Source: Patescibacteria group bacterium
GTDB lineage: Bacteria > Patescibacteriota > Minisyncoccia > Phycocordibacterales > UBA9973
Length of the DNA stretch: 64,000 nt
Direction: 5' to 3'
Assembly (NCBI GenBank): GCA_038061755.1
Contig: JBBTYN010000002.1
Coordinates: 79,312-143,311, forward strand
Part shown: piece after piece, positions 58,659 to 64,000 of the stretch
How the letters are laid out: every line of letters starts with the position of its first letter
Numbering within the stretch: the stretch's first letter is position 1
Made by a program: the position numbers and the translations under genes
Notes under the pieces: generated by a model
Told to the model about the DNA's origin: nothing
Seen by the model: only the letters and a program-made list of their open reading frames with translations
The model's database searches: none

Positions 58659-59135
58659 ATGCCAGAAAATATTTTAATCCTACACAACATTAGAAGCGTG
58701 GAAAATGTCGGGGCGATGTTTCGTACGGCTGATGCGGTTGGGATAAATAAAATTTATTTGACGGGTTATACACCGACACCACTGGACAGATTTGGCAGAA
58801 AGAGGGGAGATTTGGCTAAGTCTGCCTTGGGAGCGGAGGAATTTGTTCTTTGGGAGCAAAAGAAAAATATTTTTCCACTTTTAACAAAACTTAAGGTAGA
58901 AAAATATTTAATTATTGGGATAGAGCAGGATAAAAATTCTATTGATTATAAAACTCTTCAACTTCGCTCAGGACGGGGAAATGCTTTTATTGTTGGATCA
59001 GAAGTTACAGGTATACCTAAAAATATATTAAAAAAGTGTGATCTAATTGCTGAAATTCCAATGCGAGGCAAAAAAGAGTCCCTCAATGTTTCTGTGGCTC
59101 TGGGGATAGTTTTATTTAGGATTTTTAATATATAA
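58659..59135 (+). CDS. TrmH/SpoU family RNA methyltransferase
   Basis: NIRSVENVGAMFRTAD, GSEVTGI, IPMRG..ESLNVSVA motifs. Confidence 0.92.
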   Translation: MPENILILHNIRSVENVGAMFRTADAVGINKIYLTGYTPTPLDRFGRKRGDLAKSALGAEEFVLWEQKKNIFPLLTKLKVEKYLIIGIEQDKNSIDYKTLQLRSGRGNAFIVGSEVTGIPKNILKKCDLIAEIPMRGKKESLNVSVALGIVLFRIFNI

Positions 59136-59138
59136 AAT

Positions 59139-59711
59139 TTATTTTCCACCTAAAATTTTCAAAGCTTCACGAATTTTAGTGTTGGTGTTTCCGTCGGGAG
59201 AAACTTTTTTTAATGCCTCACGTGCTTCGTTTTGAGAATAACCAAGAGATTTAAGCGCTTCCAAGGCATCTAATTCTCCCTGAAGAGATTTTTCCCCTAG
59301 TTCTGTTCCCATTTTATCGCGTAACTCAATTACAATTCTCTCTGCGGTTTTTTTACCAATTCCAGATATCTTTGTAAGGTAACTTGTATCGGAAGTTGCA
59401 ATAGCTTTGCGTAGTGTTTCAATTGAAGCGATTCCCAAGATGGTCAAAGCTGACCTAGGTCCAATGCCAGATATGCTTATTAACATTTCAAAAAATTCTA
59501 ATTCTGATCGTTCTAAAAATCCATACAAGTCTAAAGCATCTTCCCGCACATGGGTATGAATCCAAAAAAAGTTTATTCCCAAGGACTCATTTCGGGAAAT
59601 TTTAGACAATACATCTGACGAGACATTTATTTTATAGCCAACTCCGCTCGTTTCAACGATTAAAAATTTATCCATTTTAAATTTAATTTTTCCTTTAATA
59701 CTTCCAATCAT
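59139..59711 (-). CDS. ruvA: Holliday junction branch migration protein RuvA
   Basis: GVGY, HVRED..LYGF, SGIGP, GIGKKTAERI motifs. Confidence 0.96.
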   Translation of the reverse strand: MIGSIKGKIKFKMDKFLIVETSGVGYKINVSSDVLSKISRNESLGINFFWIHTHVREDALDLYGFLERSELEFFEMLISISGIGPRSALTILGIASIETLRKAIATSDTSYLTKISGIGKKTAERIVIELRDKMGTELGEKSLQGELDALEALKSLGYSQNEAREALKKVSPDGNTNTKIREALKILGGK

Positions 59712-59764
59712 AAATTAATGATAGCATAATTGCATTTTTTTGGTTTTTTTGTTATATTATATGC

Positions 59765-60016
59765 ATGCCAATAACACAATCAGCCAAAAAAGCAATTCGT
59801 GGTTCTCTTCGAAAGAAGGCTTTTAATGACCAACGCAAGAAGGTAATGAAAGAAATAATAAAGAAAATAGAGAAAGTTGTAAAAACAAACAAAACAGAAG
59901 CTGCAAAAATGCTTTCTGGTGCTTTTCAAGCTATAGACAAGGCTGCACAAAAAGGAGTGATTAAAAAAAACAATGCTGCTCGTAAGAAATCTCGCTTATC
60001 AAAATTAGTGAAATAA
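59765..60016 (+). CDS. rpsT: 30S ribosomal protein S20
   Basis: SAKKAIR, IDKAAQKGVIKKNNAARKKSRL motifs. Confidence 0.96.
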   Translation: MPITQSAKKAIRGSLRKKAFNDQRKKVMKEIIKKIEKVVKTNKTEAAKMLSGAFQAIDKAAQKGVIKKNNAARKKSRLSKLVK

Positions 60017-60020
60017 AAAT

Positions 60021-60299
60021 ATGAACCATTTGCTTGAATTTTATGGAACAGAGTGTCCACATTGTGTTAGTATGCATGAACTTGTGGAGCGTTTAGAAAA
60101 AGAAGAGAGGATAAAAGTTGAAAGTTTAGAAGTTTGGCACAATAAAGAAAATGAAAAGCGTTTGCTTGAGATCGACAATGGAGAATTATGCGGTGGAGTT
60201 CCTTTTTTCTACAATACTCAAACAAAGAAATTTATTTGTGGAGATGAAAGTTATGATACATTAAAAAAATGGGCTAAAGGAGAAGAGTTTATACAATAA
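60021..60299 (+). CDS. Thioredoxin/glutaredoxin-like protein
   Basis: CPHC motif, GVPFF. Confidence 0.85.
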   Translation: MNHLLEFYGTECPHCVSMHELVERLEKEERIKVESLEVWHNKENEKRLLEIDNGELCGGVPFFYNTQTKKFICGDESYDTLKKWAKGEEFIQ

Positions 60300-60308
60300 A
60301 ATACAAAT

Positions 60309-60347
60309 AAAAAAATCACTCCGACATAAGTCGGAGTGATTTTTTTA
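60309..60347. terminator. Bidirectional terminator
   Basis: AAAAAAATCACTCCGAC-ataa-GTCGGAGTGATTTTTTT. Confidence 0.85.
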
Positions 60348-60355
60348 AGAGAATA

Positions 60356-60556
60356 TTACGCGCGTTGTACGTTTGTAGCATTCAATCCTTTTGGTGATTC
60401 CTCTGTTTCAAAAGAAACTGAATCACCTTCTTTAAGTTCATCAAAAGTAACGCCAACAAGAGAATTACTGTGGAAGAATAAATCCTTCTGTAGTCCTTCT
60501 GCTGTTATAAAGCCGAAACCTTTTTCACTTACCATCTTTTTTATTGTACCGGTCAT
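60356..60556 (-). CDS. Cold-shock protein
   Basis: KGFGFI, DLFFH, KGLNATNV motifs. Confidence 0.95.
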   Translation of the reverse strand: MTGTIKKMVSEKGFGFITAEGLQKDLFFHSNSLVGVTFDELKEGDSVSFETEESPKGLNATNVQRA

Positions 60557-60718
60557 TGATTTTTTAGTTAAAGTTATTAAATACAAATAGATATATACTT
60601 AAGAAATCGACTCTTTAAAACTCTTTTCTCACCTACTTTGTCCATATAATATATCATAAAACAACCTAATTTGTCAAGCTTTCTCGCTATTTTGTATAAA
60701 ATAGGCTAATCTACGTTG

Positions 60719-62215
60719 ATGTCTAAAGAATCGAAGGATAACCAAAAAACTCAAGAAACAATAGTTAGATTTGATAAAGTTTCATTTGAGTGGGGAGTAA
60801 ATAAGCCTATTTTAGAGGAGGTGTCTTTTACTTTGCGACGTGGATCAAAATTCGCATTGATGGGGCAAAATGGTGCTGGTAAGAGCACTATTTTTCGGCT
60901 TATTTTTGGAAAAAATATTCCAGAATTTGGAATTATTAATGTTGTGAATGGAGTTACTATTGCTTTATCCAGGCAAGTTATTCCAAAAGAAGAGTTGGAT
61001 TTGACTGTGAGAGAATTTTTTGAGAAATGTTTTAAAATTAAGGTGTATGATATTGATCCTAAGATTGACGACGTGTTGGAGGTAGTAAATTTAAAAGGAC
61101 ATACAAAAGTTCACAATAAAATAATAAAAACATTTTCTGGTGGACAACAGGCTCGTTTACTTTTAGCTTCTGCGCTTATTAAAAATCCTGATTTGCTTCT
61201 TTTAGACGAACCGACGAATAATTTAGATAAAGCTGGGATAGTACATTTAACAAAATTTTTAGTTAATTATAAAAAAACAGTTCTAGTTATTTCCCATGAC
61301 GCAGATTTTTTAAATGCTTTTACGCAAGGGGTGCTTTATTTAGATATTTACACAAAAAAGATTGAGCAATATGTCGGCAATTATTTTAACGTAGTAAAAG
61401 ACATTACTGCTCGGGTAGAAAAAGAAAATATGAAAAATGCTCAGTTGCAAAAAGAAATTCAGGCTAAAAAAGATCAAGCAAATGTGTTTGCTTATAAAGG
61501 AGGAAGATTACGATTGGTGGCCAAGCGAATGCGTGAAAAAGCTGAAGAATTAGAAGAAGAGATGGTGGATGTGCGAAAAGAAGATAAAGCTATAAGGCCT
61601 TTTATTATCCCTTCTCAGTCTGATTTAATTGGTGAAATTTTAAATATTTCTTCTTTTACAACGATGAAAAATGGAAAAATTGTAAAACATAAAACTAAAA
61701 TATCTTTAAATAAAAATAATCACTTGCTTTTACAGGGACCGAATGGCATAGGAAAGACGACTCTTTTAGAAAGATTGGCTAGCGGGCATGCAGACGGCGA
61801 AAAGGTAAAAGAAGGAATACGGATCGGTTATTACAGACAAGATTTTTTTACTCTTAATTTTGAAGATACAGTTTATCAATCTTTAGCAGATGCCATAAGA
61901 GAAGGTGGAGAAAGATTGGATGAAGAACGCATGCGTTCTGTGGCAGCTGGGTTTTTAATTACTGGAGAATTTATTCGTACAAAAATAGGGGATCTTTCAG
62001 AAGGGCAGAAAGGGCTCGTCGCTTTTGCTAGGTTGGTTCTCCAAAAACCTGGACTTTTAATCTTGGACGAACCAACAAACCATATAAATTTTCGTCATTT
62101 GCCAATTATTGCCAAAGCACTAGACGAATATAAAGGCGCAATGATTCTCGTTTCTCATGTGCCTGAATTTGTAAAACAAATTAGGATTGACGAAGTACTT
62201 GATTTAGAAAAATAG
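60719..62215 (+). CDS. ABC-F family ATP-binding protein
   Basis: Two ABC domains (GQNGAGKS, GPNGIGKT, LDEPTN x2), no TM segments. Confidence 0.92.
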   Translation: MSKESKDNQKTQETIVRFDKVSFEWGVNKPILEEVSFTLRRGSKFALMGQNGAGKSTIFRLIFGKNIPEFGIINVVNGVTIALSRQVIPKEELDLTVREFFEKCFKIKVYDIDPKIDDVLEVVNLKGHTKVHNKIIKTFSGGQQARLLLASALIKNPDLLLLDEPTNNLDKAGIVHLTKFLVNYKKTVLVISHDADFLNAFTQGVLYLDIYTKKIEQYVGNYFNVVKDITARVEKENMKNAQLQKEIQAKKDQANVFAYKGGRLRLVAKRMREKAEELEEEMVDVRKEDKAIRPFIIPSQSDLIGEILNISSFTTMKNGKIVKHKTKISLNKNNHLLLQGPNGIGKTTLLERLASGHADGEKVKEGIRIGYYRQDFFTLNFEDTVYQSLADAIREGGERLDEERMRSVAAGFLITGEFIRTKIGDLSEGQKGLVAFARLVLQKPGLLILDEPTNHINFRHLPIIAKALDEYKGAMILVSHVPEFVKQIRIDEVLDLEK

Positions 62216-62831
62216 CTAACTCTTCGCTTTTTATTTCTTTTAAAGTGTTTGGTTTTAGATTTCCTAACTTTATGTTCATTATTCTTTCACGCTTCAAATC
62301 AGCGACTTCTTGGAAGAGGTTTGCGCACATTCTGCGGATTTGATGTTTTTTTCCTTCGGTTAAAATTACCTTAAAAGTGTTTTCACTCATGATTTTTATT
62401 TTACATGGTTTGGTAACATATCCTTCAATATTTACTCCTGCTTCCATTTTTTGTTTAAAATTTGAGCGGAGTTTTTCTTTCGTACGGACAACGTATTCTT
62501 TTTCATGAGAATATTTTGGGTTTAGAAGTTGGTCAGTGATACGTCCATCGTTGGTTAATATCATTAGTCCATGACTAGCCTTATCTAGTCTCCCCAAAGG
62601 AAACAAACATTCTTGTGGGGAATTGGTTTCAATACCGATTGGTTTATTGTAAGTAAAATATTTGTATGCTGTGGGTTTTGCGTCTTTTACTTCTACAACA
62701 TCAGTTTCATTTACTTGACTGCCGAGGACTGCTAATTTTTTATTAATAAATACTTTTTTATCTTGTATTAAAAGATCAGCTCCTCGTCTGGTAGAGATTT
62801 TTTTTAAAGCAAGATATTTATTTATTCGCAT
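62181..62831 (-). CDS. RsuA/RluB/RluF family pseudouridine synthase
   Basis: S4 domain, GRLD, LTNDG, EGKKHQIRRM motifs. Confidence 0.93.
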   Translation of the reverse strand: MRINKYLALKKISTRRGADLLIQDKKVFINKKLAVLGSQVNETDVVEVKDAKPTAYKYFTYNKPIGIETNSPQECLFPLGRLDKASHGLMILTNDGRITDQLLNPKYSHEKEYVVRTKEKLRSNFKQKMEAGVNIEGYVTKPCKIKIMSENTFKVILTEGKKHQIRRMCANLFQEVADLKRERIMNIKLGNLKPNTLKEIKSEELAIFLNQVLRQS

Positions 62832-62850
62832 TGGGTATTCTTTTGTTGTT

Positions 62851-64000
62851 TTATTGTAATGTAGTAGTTGTGGTCTTTTTACCAGATGGTTGATCAGTAA
62901 TAACTGTAGTTTTTTTACTGAAAGATTGGTTAAAAAGGTATTTGGCTAGAAATACTAGGACGAGTATAAGGATAAGTAGAAAGAGCCAGCCAAATAGATT
63001 TGTTGGAAGAAAACCAGTTCCGAAGACATTTGCTCCGAGTGGTATGGTAATTACATTTGATGTTTCACTCAAAACTTGTGCGGAAACATTTGCATTTACT
63101 GATTGGTTTTGACCTCCTGGATCAGTGTAACTTAAGGTTGCAGGGAAATTTAAGTTTGTCCCAGCTGGAATATTATCTCGTACTCGAGTTCTTATAGTTA
63201 CTATTCCTTGTCCATTTGCTTTAAGTGTTCCTAGGTTGAAAATTAAAGTATTACCAGAAATATTTGGATTGCTTGGATTAGAGGATAGATAATCTACTTC
63301 AAAAGGAAGATTTATTTGCAAATTAAGATTAGTAATTGATCCTGTGCCAATATTTTGATAACTTACAGTGTAATTAATTTCATCTCCTGGACGTGGTTTA
63401 GTGTTGTCTATTGTAGGAACGATTGGTTGGTTGCGATCAACAGAAGAGGTGATAAGCACGAGGGAAGTCGGAGCGGGTTTTGGACTAACAACTGTGGCAA
63501 CTGCCTGAACCCGAACAGTTATTGTTTCTGAATTACTAGCAGATCCAAAATTATTACTACAAGTAAGCGTATATGTGTTGGTGTTTGTTAATGATCCGGT
63601 ATAGAAGCTTCCAGGGCCAATACTTTTTACTCCTGCCCAGCCGACAGACCCTCCACTTGCATAACAAGAAGAAGCATTAGTTGTAATCCAGCGAACGGTA
63701 GCAGTTCCATTGTAAGGAACGTTTACTTGGTCCGAGTAAACTGTTACCGTTGGTTGACTATTGACTTGCATATAATAAGTACAAGGTAATACTCCTCTAT
63801 AATTATTAGCATTTATATCTTGGCATGTTTGTATTGTGTAATTATTGTACATACAAGGATACATTGCTCCATAATTATTAGCAGTTGTATCTCGGCAAGT
63901 TGACTGAGTTTGATTTACATAAATTTGATTTACATACACAGTAGTAGAATCACTTACTTGCTGTCCGTTTGTGCCATAGCAGGTGATTGTGTAAGTAGTC
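62851..64000 (-). CDS. Surface protein with Cys-containing repeats, Ig-like/DUF11 domain and C-terminal TM (start lies beyond the window)
   Basis: CRDTTANNY and CQDINANNY repeats, PGDEINYTVSYQNIG; frame stays open to 64000. Confidence 0.8.
   Translation of the reverse strand, partial: TTYTITCYGTNGQQVSDSTTVYVNQIYVNQTQSTCRDTTANNYGAMYPCMYNNYTIQTCQDINANNYRGVLPCTYYMQVNSQPTVTVYSDQVNVPYNGTATVRWITTNASSCYASGGSVGWAGVKSIGPGSFYTGSLTNTNTYTLTCSNNFGSASNSETITVRVQAVATVVSPKPAPTSLVLITSSVDRNQPIVPTIDNTKPRPGDEINYTVSYQNIGTGSITNLNLQINLPFEVDYLSSNPSNPNISGNTLIFNLGTLKANGQGIVTIRTRVRDNIPAGTNLNFPATLSYTDPGGQNQSVNANVSAQVLSETSNVITIPLGANVFGTGFLPTNLFGWLFLLILILVLVFLAKYLFNQSFSKKTTVITDQPSGKKTTTTTLQ

Overview
AT-rich chromosomal window from a small-genome bacterium. 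Gene content and order, CCA-less tRNAs, and the near absence of Shine-Dalgarno sites suggest Patescibacteria/CPR (Parcubacteria-like); this is an inference. The window spans the replication origin (jag-yidC-yidD-rnpA-rpmH <> dnaA-dnaN), housekeeping genes (clpP, rny, hup, lexA, comM, metK, pnp, rpsO, xth, cca, pcrA, ksgA, tyrS, ruvABC, polA, rpsT), five tRNAs, pilB and a CPR-type T4SS-like cluster (VirB6, PrgI, VirB4, pilin). Less ordinary signals: (1) GC-rich palindromic elements inserted in frame in conserved genes, including two identical 94-bp copies with locus-specific inverted flanks and a covarying core; (2) a four-helix-bundle gene and an ORF-less sibling, both bracketed by inverted heptamer arrays, inside the T4SS cluster; (3) a 37-bp-period array resembling the 5' end of the adjacent tRNA-Gly; (4) eight parS-like sites, mostly inside coding sequence; (5) a LAGLIDADG intein in MetK; (6) several candidate structured RNAs and unannotated small ORFs. 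All calls were made by eye, with no database searches.
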